Positions 40,661 through 51,085 of a stretch of DNA of 64,000 bases are shown in pieces. The notes below the pieces were generated by a model. It saw only the letters and a program-made list of their open reading frames with translations, had not been told where the DNA came from and searched no databases. Origin of the DNA: Dehalococcoidia bacterium (GTDB lineage: Bacteria > Chloroflexota > Dehalococcoidia > UBA2979). Each line of letters opens with the position of its first letter. The first letter of the stretch is position 1. Where the stretch lies: assembly GCA_965219085.1 (NCBI GenBank), contig OZ244720.1, forward strand, positions 1,952,001 through 2,016,000. Reading direction: 5' to 3'. The position numbers were made by a program, and so were the translations under genes.

Positions 40661-42454
40661 ATGGATGACCTGCTTTCCATTAGCGCTTTCAGCCGCAGGC
40701 GGCTCCTGCAGACGGGATTCCTGGCCGGTACCGGGCTGGCCATCGCAGCCCTCGTCGGGTGCGGCGGCGATGACGACGACGACGACGACGATGACACGAC
40801 GACAGCCGTCACGACCGAGGTGGAGGAAGACGAGGATCAGGCGGCCGCGCCAGCGACGACCGCCGCGCCGGACGAATCGGGCGAGCGCTTCACCACGGTG
40901 ATCCCGTGGCCGGACAAGACCCCGGTCAAGGGCGGCGCCCTCACCCTCTCCGAGGGCCAGCAGATCGGCTCGTTCGACCCGACGAAGTCGGGCGCCATCG
41001 GCAACCTCAGGCACACCGGCACGGCGATGGAGACGCTGCTCGGCTGGCGCCTCACCCACGACCAGGCCGAGCTCAACCAGCGCGACATCAACCGCGATAT
41101 CGAGGGCAACCTCGCCGAGTCCTGGGAACTGCAGCCCGACGGGCTGACCTACACGTTCTCGATCCGCCCGGGCGTGAAGTGGCACAACAAGCCGCCGGTC
41201 GACGGCCGGGCCTTCGTCGCCCAGGACGTGCGCTTCGCGTACGAGCGCTACGCCGAGACCGGCGTGTGGCAGCAGCTGTTCGCCTTCGTCGACGCGTGGG
41301 ACACGCCGGACGACCACTCGCTCACGCTGCGCATGCGGCGGCCGTCGCCGGACATCGTCGTGCCGTTCGGCGAGCAGAACCTCGCGATCTACCCGCGCGA
41401 GGTCGTCGACGACGGATCGATCGACACGGTGCTTGTCGGCACCGGCCCGCTGATCCAGGACGAGTACTCGCAGTCCGAGTTCGCGCGCTACTCGCCGAAC
41501 CCGGACCACTGGGGGCCCGGGACGTACCTCGACGGCTACGAGGTGCTCGTCACGCCGGACGCGGCGACGCGGCTCAGCCAGTTCCGCGCGGGACAGGCGG
41601 CGGTCGGACGGGCCGGCTCGCTGGCCCAGCTCGAGGACGTGCGCGGTACGAACCCGGGAGTGCAAGTCGGGCAGAGCGCGTGGACGAAGTCGATCTTCGG
41701 GATGGTGTTCAACCAGAAGGAAGAGAAGTGGCAGGACGTGCGCGTCCGCCAGGCCCTGCACCTCGGCATCGACCGCGACGAGATCAACGTGCTGCTCTAC
41801 GACGGGATCTCCGACACGCTGCCGATCATCCCGTGGAACCACGTCTTCGATGAGAAGCCGAGCGCCGACCGCGGCGAGCTCGGACCGTGGTGGCGCTACG
41901 ACCCCGACGAGGCGATGAAGCTCCTCCAGGCTGCCGGCGCCGAGGGCCTGGAGATCGACTTCCTGATCTTCCGCGGCTACGTGCGCGACCAGAACGACGT
42001 GTGGGTGGACCAGCTGCGGCGCATCGGGGTCAACCTCAACCCGCGTGATGCGGATTACGTCGAGTTCAACTCGCAGCTCGCGGGTGTGTCCTACCCCGAC
42101 GCCATCGGAGCCTGGGACATCCACGGCACGCAGGCGGACAACTACTTCCGCGACCAGCTCCTGTCGACGTCGCCGGGGAACTGGCACAACATCAACGACC
42201 CGCAACTCGACGAATGGGCCGAGCAGCAAAGCGTCGAGCTCGATCCCGACGCGCGCCGCGAGATCCTTCGCCTCATCTGGGACAAGGTCCTGGCGGATGT
42301 GCACCGCGTCGAGCACACGAACTTCCTGAGCTTCGTCCTGTACCAGCCGTGGCTGCACGGCATGCAGTGGCGCGTCGGAAGCGACGGCCTCGGCGGAAGC
42401 GTGTTCGGCTACAACAACTCGCGGTTCATCTCGTCGGTCTGGATCGAGAAGTAG
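40661..42454 (+). CDS. Peptide/nickel ABC substrate-binding lipoprotein (Tat)
   Basis: SRRRLL Tat motif, LVGC lipobox, LAESWE..DGLTYTF..GVKWH. Confidence 0.9.
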   Translation: MDDLLSISAFSRRRLLQTGFLAGTGLAIAALVGCGGDDDDDDDDDTTTAVTTEVEEDEDQAAAPATTAAPDESGERFTTVIPWPDKTPVKGGALTLSEGQQIGSFDPTKSGAIGNLRHTGTAMETLLGWRLTHDQAELNQRDINRDIEGNLAESWELQPDGLTYTFSIRPGVKWHNKPPVDGRAFVAQDVRFAYERYAETGVWQQLFAFVDAWDTPDDHSLTLRMRRPSPDIVVPFGEQNLAIYPREVVDDGSIDTVLVGTGPLIQDEYSQSEFARYSPNPDHWGPGTYLDGYEVLVTPDAATRLSQFRAGQAAVGRAGSLAQLEDVRGTNPGVQVGQSAWTKSIFGMVFNQKEEKWQDVRVRQALHLGIDRDEINVLLYDGISDTLPIIPWNHVFDEKPSADRGELGPWWRYDPDEAMKLLQAAGAEGLEIDFLIFRGYVRDQNDVWVDQLRRIGVNLNPRDADYVEFNSQLAGVSYPDAIGAWDIHGTQADNYFRDQLLSTSPGNWHNINDPQLDEWAEQQSVELDPDARREILRLIWDKVLADVHRVEHTNFLSFVLYQPWLHGMQWRVGSDGLGGSVFGYNNSRFISSVWIEK

Positions 42455-42569
42455 CGGTCCAGGGGGGAACCACACACGGCGGGGCTGGGGAGCGCGCAAG
42501 CGCTGCCCTCAGCCCCGGCGCGCCCTGTGAGGCGCCGGGCGGCACAATGAGGATCCGGAGCGGCGGATC

Positions 42570-43520
42570 GTGACGACGTACATCATCAAGCGGCTGCTGC
42601 TCTCGATTCCCACACTGCTGCTGGTCTCGTTCGTGATCTTCTCGCTGCTGCGCATCGTGCCGGGGGATGTCGTGATCGCCCGGATCGCCGAGAGTGGGTA
42701 CTTCTCCCAGGAAGACCTCGACGAGATGCGCGCGGAGCTGGGCCTCGATCGACCCTTCGCCCAGCAATACGTGACCTGGCTCCTGGACGCGGCCAGCGGG
42801 GATCTCGGGCGGTCGCTGTGGAGCGATGAGCCCGTGCTGCCGGGCATCATCAAACGGCTGCGCGTCTCCGCACAGCTTGCGCTGTTCGGAATGGCGATGG
42901 CAGTGGTCTTATCCGTCCCGCTCGGCGTCATATCGGCGATCAGCCGGGATTCACCCACCGACTACGGAGCGCGGCTCTTCGCGATCCTCGGGCTCTCGCT
43001 GCCCGACTTCTGGATCGCGACGATCCTGATGCTCGTGCTGGTGCTCTACGTCGGTTGGTTACCACAGTTCGGCTACTTCTCGCCGTTCACGGACCCCTGG
43101 AAGAACTTCCAGGCGATGGTCTTCCCGACGCTCATCATCGGCTACCGGCTGTCTGCGATCAGCGCGCGCATGATGCGCTCCACCATGCTCGAGGTGCTGC
43201 GGAACGACTACGTACGCACCGCGCGCGCGAAGGGGCTCGCCGAGCGATCCGTGCTCTACCGCCACGCGCTCCCCAACGCCGTGCTGCCGGTGATCACGAT
43301 CATGGGGGCTCAGCTCACGCAATTGCTCGGCGGGCTCGTGGTGATTGAGTCGATCTTCTCCCTACCCGGCGTCGGCCGCCTGACGTTCGACGCGGTGACG
43401 CTGCGCGACTACACCGTCGTGCAGGGCACCGTGATGATGTTCGCGATCGCCTTCGTCCTTGCGAATCTCGTTGTCGACCTGTCGTACGCCTTGATCGACC
43501 CACGGATCAGGTACCAGTAG
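42570..43520 (+). CDS. DppB/OppB-like permease
   Basis: YIIKRLL..PGD, DYVRTARAKGL. Confidence 0.92.
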   Translation: MTTYIIKRLLLSIPTLLLVSFVIFSLLRIVPGDVVIARIAESGYFSQEDLDEMRAELGLDRPFAQQYVTWLLDAASGDLGRSLWSDEPVLPGIIKRLRVSAQLALFGMAMAVVLSVPLGVISAISRDSPTDYGARLFAILGLSLPDFWIATILMLVLVLYVGWLPQFGYFSPFTDPWKNFQAMVFPTLIIGYRLSAISARMMRSTMLEVLRNDYVRTARAKGLAERSVLYRHALPNAVLPVITIMGAQLTQLLGGLVVIESIFSLPGVGRLTFDAVTLRDYTVVQGTVMMFAIAFVLANLVVDLSYALIDPRIRYQ

Positions 43521-43554
43521 GCGTGGCGACACTCAGCCGCGCCGGCGGGAGCGT

Positions 43555-44472
43555 ATGAGCACTGCACAGCCAGGCGGGTCGGACGCGGTAACGGAGCTGC
43601 AGGCGGCCGGCTTGAGCCTGGAATCGCGTGCTCCCGCCGTAGACATCAGCTTGCGGATCCTGCGCTCCCCCGTGGGTTCCTCGTCGTCGGTTGTGATCGC
43701 CATGCTCGCGCTCTCGGCGATCTTCGCGCCGCTGATCGCGCCGTACGACCCGATTGCAATCTCGCTCGACAGCTTCCAGAGTCCAAGCCTCACGCACCCC
43801 ATGGGCACGGATAACCTCGGACGTGATGTGTTCTCGAGGGTCCTGTACGGCTCGCGCATCTCGCTCTACGTTGCGGCGCTGGCGGCCACCTCCGGAACGC
43901 TCGTGGGTTGCTGCCTGGGCCTGCTCAGCGGGTTCTTCGGCGGGTGGTTTGACCTGGTCGCACAGCGCGTCGTCGACGCGATGCTGGCGTTCCCCGCGCT
44001 CGTACTGGCGATGGCGCTCGTGGCCGTCCTCGGTCCGAGCACGACGAACGGCCTGCTGGCGATCTCAATCGTCATCATCCCCGGCAACTCGCGGGTTATC
44101 CGCAGCGCTGTGCTCTCCGTCAAGGAGAGCACCTACGTGGAGGCGGCCTACTCGATCGGCGCTTCGCCGCTGCGGGTGATGCTCCGTCACATCCTGCCGC
44201 AGGTGTTCGCACCAATCCTCATCCTGGTCTCGACGGTGCTCGGCGCGGCCATCCTGATCGAGACCGCGCTGAGCTTCCTCGGGCTCGGCACGCAGCCGCC
44301 CGATCCATCCTGGGGCCAGATGCTGAGCGGGTCCGGACGCGAGTACATGGAGCAGGCCCCGTGGCTCGCGATCTTCCCCGGCCTCGCCATCAGCGTCACC
44401 GTCCTGGCGTTCAACATGCTCGGCGACGTGGTCCGGGATGTGCTCGACCCGAGGCTGCGCGGTTCGCAGTAG
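43555..44472 (+). CDS. DppC/OppC-like permease
   Basis: HPMGTDNLGRD, LSFLGLG..PSWG. Confidence 0.92.
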   Translation: MSTAQPGGSDAVTELQAAGLSLESRAPAVDISLRILRSPVGSSSSVVIAMLALSAIFAPLIAPYDPIAISLDSFQSPSLTHPMGTDNLGRDVFSRVLYGSRISLYVAALAATSGTLVGCCLGLLSGFFGGWFDLVAQRVVDAMLAFPALVLAMALVAVLGPSTTNGLLAISIVIIPGNSRVIRSAVLSVKESTYVEAAYSIGASPLRVMLRHILPQVFAPILILVSTVLGAAILIETALSFLGLGTQPPDPSWGQMLSGSGREYMEQAPWLAIFPGLAISVTVLAFNMLGDVVRDVLDPRLRGSQ

Positions 44473-44504
44473 CGACATGCCCCCGACGCGGTTTCGGCGC
44501 CGCC

Positions 44505-44615
44505 GTGTCCCGGGGGCGACCGAGGCCACCTACGAGGTGCAGGCCGCGGACGTGGGCTACAGGCCGGTGGCGAGGGTCTCGTACACGGACGACGATGGCT
44601 TCCGCGACAACCTGG
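44505..44615 (+). pseudogene. Fragment of an Ig-like surface-protein repeat
   Basis: PGATEATYEVQAADVG..RVSYTDDDG pattern. Confidence 0.4.
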
Positions 44616-44709
44616 GAGAGACGCGAGCGGGCGACACCTCGGCCTCCGGTGAGAAATGTCGCCCGCACACCTTGCAGAATCTATGCGGAATCACCCTCAA
44701 CGCTCGCGA

Positions 44710-46005
44710 TCAGACGGCCTCGGTCTGACCCGGAAGACCGAGGTCCGCCCCGCCGCCCACGATGCGACGAAGCGCAAGACGCCAGGCTACAAGGGCGAGG
44801 ACGAGGATGACGGCACCCTCCAGGATGGCGACGGCACGGAGGCCGACCAGATCGGCGAGGGCGCCCGCGAAGATGGCGCCCACCGGGAAGAGTCCGAATA
44901 TCGTGAAGGCGAGGCCCATCACGCGGCCTCGCATCTCGTCGGGGACGCGTATCAGCAGAAAGGTATCGTAGGCCACGAAGAGCGCGCTCTGAGCTGCGCC
45001 CGCAACACCGAGCGCGGCTGCCGTCAGCAGGATCCACTGGGAGAAGCCGTAGATGATTGCGGCTGCGCCGGTTCCGACGATGCCGAGGAACATGAGGTAG
45101 CCGATCTGCCTCGGCCGTCCCACCGCCGCGACGGCCATCGCCCCAATCACGCCGCCGGCGCCGAGCGACGCGCTGAGGAACCCAAACATCGCGGCGCCAC
45201 CGCCAAGTTCCTCCTCGACGAACAGCGCAAGCAGGAGTATGTACGACGCGCCGAGTACGAACGGCGTGACGACCACGGCGGTGAGCCTCAGCAGGTGGGG
45301 GTCGGCTCTCAGGTAGTCGATCGCCTGTCGCAAGTCGGCGGTCACGGAGCGGGAGTCAGCGCGCTCGATCGAACCGAACGAAGCCGCGACGCCGATCAGC
45401 AATATCATGGCGGCCGCCAGATGCGCGCCGGATGTGGCGAAGTAGGCGACGCCGACGCCCACCCCGCCGACGAGCAACCCGCCGATGGCCGGGCCGACCA
45501 CGCTCGGCACGCTGTGACTGGCAGTGTTCAGCGACGTGGCGTTCATGAAGTGCTCCTGAGGCACCAGGCGGCCCGTCATGGCCTGGCTCGCCGGGAAGCG
45601 CACTGCACCCAGCAGGCCGCTAATGAGCGAGGCGACGAGCACATGCCAGACAGCCACGAGGTCGGCGACAACCAGGACGCCGAGCGTCACAGCCACGAGC
45701 ACGGCCATCAGGTTGTCGATCAGCAGCAGATTGCGTCGATTGAACCGGTCGGCAATGAGGCCCATCGGGATCGACCCCAGTGCGAAGGTGACCGCCCACG
45801 CTGCCTCGACCGCACCCAGGACCAGAGCGGAGTCGGTGAGTTGGACGACCAGCCAGGCGCGAGCAGTGAACTGCACCATCAGGCCCATCGACACGATGAA
45901 GTTGCTCGCCCAGAAGTAGCGGAACTGCCGGAACTTCAGCGAGCGCAGGGCGCGGTGGACGACACCTCCGCGCTCAACGATGGGCAGCTCGGTGGGGTCA
46001 TTCAC
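44710..46005 (-). CDS. MFS transporter
   Basis: About 12 TMs; GLIADRFNRR, PDEMRGRV. Confidence 0.9.
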   Translation of the reverse strand: MNDPTELPIVERGGVVHRALRSLKFRQFRYFWASNFIVSMGLMVQFTARAWLVVQLTDSALVLGAVEAAWAVTFALGSIPMGLIADRFNRRNLLLIDNLMAVLVAVTLGVLVVADLVAVWHVLVASLISGLLGAVRFPASQAMTGRLVPQEHFMNATSLNTASHSVPSVVGPAIGGLLVGGVGVGVAYFATSGAHLAAAMILLIGVAASFGSIERADSRSVTADLRQAIDYLRADPHLLRLTAVVVTPFVLGASYILLLALFVEEELGGGAAMFGFLSASLGAGGVIGAMAVAAVGRPRQIGYLMFLGIVGTGAAAIIYGFSQWILLTAAALGVAGAAQSALFVAYDTFLLIRVPDEMRGRVMGLAFTIFGLFPVGAIFAGALADLVGLRAVAILEGAVILVLALVAWRLALRRIVGGGADLGLPGQTEAV

Positions 46006-46105
46006 GATGGCTGCCCGGCGGCGGCCATGAAGAGCTTACGCACGCGTCCGGGGTCTTCCTCGCCGAGTCGATCCGGGACGCGGTCACAGCTTCGAGCAAC
46101 CACGG

Positions 46106-46426
46106 CTAACCGACGACGCCCGCCCCGCGCAGCCGCTCGATCCCCGCATCATCTCGCTCGAGGTCTCTCAGCACCTCGGTCGTGTGCTCGCCAGGCGCAG
46201 GAGCGGCCAGGCGAACGTTGCCCGGCGTCCCGGAGTACTTCGGGCCGATGCCTACCTGGTGCACGGCGCCGACCTTCGGGTCGTCGACTTCAATCAGCAT
46301 CTGGCGCGCGATCGCATGCTCGTTCTTGAACACCTCGTCAAGGGCGTGTCGACCCGGCGCGTACCCGGACAGGTCGAGGACTCTGACTCCGGCCGGCGGA
46401 CCGGTCGCGACAGTGGGATTCGTCAT
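46106..46426 (-). pseudogene. CoA-transferase III relic with large internal deletion
   Basis: GVRVLDLSGYAPG joined directly to C-terminal ..APAPGEHTTEVL. Confidence 0.75.
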
Positions 46427-46810
46427 GCGATACATCCTCCCCGGATCACGCGGGCTGCGCGAGCGGGATCATGGTAACGCGAAGGCGTGACCGGCTTCCC
46501 GGCGTTCTTCGTGGTTGACGGCGGACTGAGCCGGCCCTCAGCCAGCGCGGGAGCCCTGCCGCGAGCGACGTGAGCGACGCGGGGATGCCGGCGGGCTCAT
46601 GCGTCGCGTGGCTCGCCTGGCCGGTGGAGGCAACGTTCGGCAGGTGAGTATCCGATCCATGCGCCGGCCTTGAGTCCCGGCATGGTCGATGTCATCGTGT
46701 GAAGCGACGCCACGATGCATCAGCTACTGCATCGTGAATGTAGCTTGCACTAATGTCTGTGCGTAGGTTCTACTGGTGTCCAGGTGCAGTGCTAACGCGG
46801 CAACGCGTAT

Positions 46811-47908
46811 GTGCGCGGCGACTTCCGGAGGGTAGCAGTGGCGTTACCTGGATTTGGTGCGGACCTACCGCGCAGAGCGAGTCCGCGCGCATCCGGCCGT
46901 GCGTGCCTCGCGCTGGTCGTCGCGGTGGCGGTGGCGGCCGTGGCGGTGCTGGCTGCGAGCTGCGGGGACGACGAGGAGCAGCGGCTCACGATCTACTCGG
47001 GCCGCAGCCCGGAGCTGGTCGGGCCACTGCTGGAGCGCTTCACCGAGGAGACGGGCATCAACGTCGGCGTCCGCTACGGCGGCACCGCACAACTCGCGGC
47101 CCTGCTCATCGAAGAGGGCGACCAGAGCCCGGCGGACATCTTCATCGCCCAGGACGCGGGCGCGCTCGGCGCCGTGCAGGCGGCCGGCCTCTTCACCACC
47201 ATCGACGACGATATCCTCGAACGCGTCGCGCCGGCGTACCGCTCACGAGAGGGCGTCTGGGTCGGGCTCTCCGGGCGTGCGCGCGCGATCGTCTACAACA
47301 CCGACGCGCTCGACCCTTCCGAGCTCCCCGACTCGATCCTCGAGTTCACCGACCCCAAGTGGCGCGGCCGGGTGGCGTGGGCGCCGACCAACGGCTCGTT
47401 CCAGGCCTGGGTCACCGCGCTGCGCGTCAGCGAGGGCGAAGACGGCGCGCGCGCGTGGCTCGAGGGGATGCTCGCGAACGACTCGCCCGAGTTCCCGAAC
47501 AACGTCTCGATCGTCGCGGCGGTGGGTCGCGGTGAGGTCGACGCCGGCCTCGTCAACCACTACTACCTGAACCGCTTCCTCGCGGAGCAGGGCGAGGACT
47601 TCCCCGCCCGCAACCACCACACGGGCCCCGGCGACATCGGGACGCTGGTCAACGTCGCGGGCGCGGGCGTGCTCCGCAGTTCGGAGGCGACCGACGAGGC
47701 GCGCCGGTTCATCGAGTTCATGCTGAGCGAGGAGGCCCAGCGCTACTACGCCGAAACGAACGCCGAGCACCCACTCGTGGCCGGGGTGGCCGGTGCTCCC
47801 GGGCTGCGATCGATCGCCGATCTGCAGCCGCCCGCGATCGACCTGAGCGACCTCTCGGATCTCGAGGGCACGCTCCGGCTGCTGCGCTCTACCGGCGTGC
47901 TGCCGTAG
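46811..47908 (+). CDS. Fe(III) ABC substrate-binding lipoprotein (FbpA/FutA-like)
   Basis: LTIYSGR, SPADIF, GRARAIVYN, LVNHYY; start uncertain. Confidence 0.88.
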   Translation: MRGDFRRVAVALPGFGADLPRRASPRASGRACLALVVAVAVAAVAVLAASCGDDEEQRLTIYSGRSPELVGPLLERFTEETGINVGVRYGGTAQLAALLIEEGDQSPADIFIAQDAGALGAVQAAGLFTTIDDDILERVAPAYRSREGVWVGLSGRARAIVYNTDALDPSELPDSILEFTDPKWRGRVAWAPTNGSFQAWVTALRVSEGEDGARAWLEGMLANDSPEFPNNVSIVAAVGRGEVDAGLVNHYYLNRFLAEQGEDFPARNHHTGPGDIGTLVNVAGAGVLRSSEATDEARRFIEFMLSEEAQRYYAETNAEHPLVAGVAGAPGLRSIADLQPPAIDLSDLSDLEGTLRLLRSTGVLP

Positions 47909-48067
47909 GCCAACTCCGGGTGTCCTGGCTGCACGGTCGCGCGTGGGGGCGCTCCCGTCTGGAGGCGCCGCGGCGCGAGCGGGCTGCGGTGAGATGACGA
48001 GTTCCAGTTGGCCCATCTATATGCTGGTCGCGCGCACGCGATGCTGGCCCCGGCCAGAGAGGACCGC

Positions 48068-49024
48068 ATGACGCTCGACTTTGCGACTGCCCGGCTGCTG
48101 ATGCAGATGGCGGAAGCCGGCGGCACGCCGCTGCACGAGAGCACGCCCGCGGAGGCGCGCGCGCTCGGGCGCGCGCTCATGGAGCTCAACGGCCCGGCGC
48201 CACCGATGCTTCGCGTCGACGAGCACAGCCTCGCCAGGCCGGACGGCACGGTCCCGATCCGCGTGTTGGCGCCGCTGGAGCAGCCGGCCGGCGTGATCGT
48301 CTACTACCACGGTGGCGGCTGGGTCATCGGTTCGATCGACGAGTCAGACACCGTGGCGCGCAAGCTCGCCGAGCGCACGTCGTGCACGGTGGTGCTCGTC
48401 GGCTACCGGCTCGCGCCCGAGCACCGCTACCCAGTGGCGGTCGACGACTCGTACGCGGCGCTGGAGTGGGTCGGCGAGCACGTCGATGAGCTGGCAAGGC
48501 CGGGCGCTCCACTGTTTGTCGCTGGTGACAGCGCCGGCGGCAACCTCGCGGCCGTGATGGCGCTGCGAGCGCGCGATCGCCGAGGCCCGCCGATCGCGGC
48601 GCAGATCCTGATCTACCCGGTCACCGACGCCGACTTCGAGCGTCCGTCGTACACCGATCCCGGGAACCAGCTACTGCTGACGCGCGAGGCCATGGCCTGG
48701 TTCTGGGATCACTACGTCCCGGACGCCGCGCGACGCGTCGAGCCCGACGCCTCGCCGCTGCGCGCCGCCGACCTCGCCGGGCTGCCACCGGCGGTCGTGC
48801 TGACCGCCGAGCACGACGTGCTGCGCGACGAGGGCGAAGCCTACGCCGAGCGGCTCGAGGCGGCCGGAGTGCCGGTCAACCTCCAGCGCCACGAGGGTCA
48901 GACACACGGCTTCTTCACGCTGCTGATGCTACCGGGCAGCGAGCGCGGCTTTCAGCAGGTGGTAAAGGCCGTGCGCGCGACGATCGCCGAGCGTGCGAGG
49001 GAGGCCGCGAACGCGACGCCGTAA
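48068..49024 (+). CDS. HSL-family alpha/beta hydrolase (esterase/lactonase)
   Basis: HGGGW, GDSAGG, D-x-L-R-D-E-G, HGF. Confidence 0.93.
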   Translation: MTLDFATARLLMQMAEAGGTPLHESTPAEARALGRALMELNGPAPPMLRVDEHSLARPDGTVPIRVLAPLEQPAGVIVYYHGGGWVIGSIDESDTVARKLAERTSCTVVLVGYRLAPEHRYPVAVDDSYAALEWVGEHVDELARPGAPLFVAGDSAGGNLAAVMALRARDRRGPPIAAQILIYPVTDADFERPSYTDPGNQLLLTREAMAWFWDHYVPDAARRVEPDASPLRAADLAGLPPAVVLTAEHDVLRDEGEAYAERLEAAGVPVNLQRHEGQTHGFFTLLMLPGSERGFQQVVKAVRATIAERAREAANATP

Positions 49025-49100
49025 CCCACGCTTCGCGCGCGAGGCGATAGAGTGTGGCGGGCGCGGCCTCGCGGGCGCCGCTCGACGCGGGAGGATTGAG

Positions 49101-50738
49101 ATGACGACCAACACCAGCCAGTCAGAACTCGACGCCGTCGTGGTGGGGGCGGGATTCTCCGGCATGTACATGCTCTACCGGCTGCGCGAAGTGCTCGGCC
49201 TGTCCGCGCGCGTGTTCGAGGCGGGGGACAACGTCGGCGGTACCTGGTACTGGAACCGCTACCCCGGCGCGCGCTGCGACTCCGAGTCGTACGTCTACTG
49301 CTTCTCGTTCGACAAGGACCTCGCCCAGGAGTGGAACTGGAGCGGCAAGTACCCCGAGCAGCCCGAGATCCTGCGCTACCTCAACCACGTCGCCGATCGG
49401 TTCGGCCTCCGCCCCGATATCCAGTTCGAGACGCGCGTCACCGCCGCGCACTTCCGCGAGGACCTCAACCGCTGGGAGATCGAGACCGACCAGGGCGACC
49501 GCGTGCTCGCGCGCTACTTCATCACCGGGATCGGCTGCCTCTCGGCGGGCCAGATCCCCGACATCGAGGGGCTCGATGGCTTCGAGGGCGACTGGTACCA
49601 CACCGGCGCGTGGCCCCACGAAGGCGTCGACCTCGCGGGCAAGCGCGTAGGGGTGGTCGGCACTGGTTCGAGTGGTGTTCAGTCGATCCCGGTGATCGCG
49701 AAGCAGGCAGGGCACGTGACTGTCTTCCAGCGCACGCCGCAGTACATGATCCCGGCCCGCCACGGCACGGTCACGCCCGAGTTCCTCGATGACATCAAGG
49801 GCCGCTACGACCAGATCTTCGAGAAGATCAAATGGTCGGGCGGTGGCGGCCCCTACGACGTCGTCGACCGCTCGGCCCTCGATGTCGGGGACGAGGAGCG
49901 GCGCGCGATCTACGAGGCGGCGTGGGAACAGGGCGGGCACCGCTTCCTCAGCGCCACCTTCCACGACATCGCCGCCGACCGGCGGGCCAACGACACGGCC
50001 TCCGAGTTCATCCGCTCGAAGATCCGCGAAATCGTCCGCGACCCCGAGACCGCCGAGAAGCTGGTCCCGCGCGACCACCCGTTCGCGTCGAAGCGCGCGC
50101 TGATCGACACCGACTACTACGACACCTACAACCGTGACAACGTCGACCTGGTCGACATTCGCCACGACCCGATCGAGGAGATCACGCCGCGCGGCATCCG
50201 CACCCAGGATGGCGAGTACGAGCTCGACATCATCGTCTTCGCCACCGGCTACGACGCGATGACCGGCGCGTTCAACCGCATCGACATCCGCGGCCGCGGC
50301 GGCGAGCTGCTCCGGGAGAAATGGGCGGAGGGCCCGAAGACCTACTTGGGGCTGTCCTCGGCGGGCTTCCCCAACATGTTCATGATCACCGGCCCCGGCA
50401 GCCCCTCGGTGCTGAGCAACATGCCCGTCTCGATCGAGCAGCACGTCGAGTGGATCTCGGACTTCGTCGACCACATGCTCGAGCACGGTGTCGAGATCGC
50501 CGAGGCGGACGCCGATGCCGAGGCGGACTGGGTCGACCACGTCAACGACGCGGCGAGCAAGACGCTCTACCCGCTGGCGGACTCGTGGTACCTGGGCGCC
50601 AACATCCCCGGCAAGCCGCGCGTGTTCATGCCCTACACGGGCGGGGTCGGCAACTACCGCAAGAAGTGCGACGAGGTCGCCGAGGCCGGCTACGAGGGTT
50701 ACGTGCTCCACAGCGAGGCGCCCCTCGGCGTCCGCTGA
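49101..50738 (+). CDS. Type I Baeyer-Villiger monooxygenase
   Basis: GAGFSG, GGTWYWNRYPGARCD, fingerprint FEGDWYHTGAWP, GTGSSG. Confidence 0.95.
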   Translation: MTTNTSQSELDAVVVGAGFSGMYMLYRLREVLGLSARVFEAGDNVGGTWYWNRYPGARCDSESYVYCFSFDKDLAQEWNWSGKYPEQPEILRYLNHVADRFGLRPDIQFETRVTAAHFREDLNRWEIETDQGDRVLARYFITGIGCLSAGQIPDIEGLDGFEGDWYHTGAWPHEGVDLAGKRVGVVGTGSSGVQSIPVIAKQAGHVTVFQRTPQYMIPARHGTVTPEFLDDIKGRYDQIFEKIKWSGGGGPYDVVDRSALDVGDEERRAIYEAAWEQGGHRFLSATFHDIAADRRANDTASEFIRSKIREIVRDPETAEKLVPRDHPFASKRALIDTDYYDTYNRDNVDLVDIRHDPIEEITPRGIRTQDGEYELDIIVFATGYDAMTGAFNRIDIRGRGGELLREKWAEGPKTYLGLSSAGFPNMFMITGPGSPSVLSNMPVSIEQHVEWISDFVDHMLEHGVEIAEADADAEADWVDHVNDAASKTLYPLADSWYLGANIPGKPRVFMPYTGGVGNYRKKCDEVAEAGYEGYVLHSEAPLGVR

Positions 50739-51085
50739 GCCGCCGGGCGCGCTCGCCTGAAGGGGATGCGGGACTCGATATCGAGGGTCCGAAGGCGTTC
50801 CCCGAGCATCGCCGCCCGGACGTCATCGACGCGTAGCCTCCTGCGCGAGAGTCGGCACGACGACGGCACAGCCTGTTACCGCAGCGAAAGATTTGCGAAA
50901 CGCGAACGTCACGCCCCTGACACCCGTCGGTACCCCACGCGTTCAAGCTAGCGCCTGCTTGCCCCGCCTGAGCACAGGCGGGTGCACGGCGCGATAACTG
51001 CCGGGGAAACCGAGGCCTCCTCGGCCTTCTTGTAGGTGGCGCAACGCGCCCCGCCCGCAACGCGGAACCGGAGGAGAGACCCTTG

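Noticed and set aside
40769-40795. (GAC)n microsatellite
   Set aside because: Encodes an ordinary poly-Asp linker after a lipobox.
38249-42499. Long antisense ORFs (768 aa, 635 aa and many similar)
   Set aside because: Shadow frames of high-GC genes on the opposite strand; no motifs.
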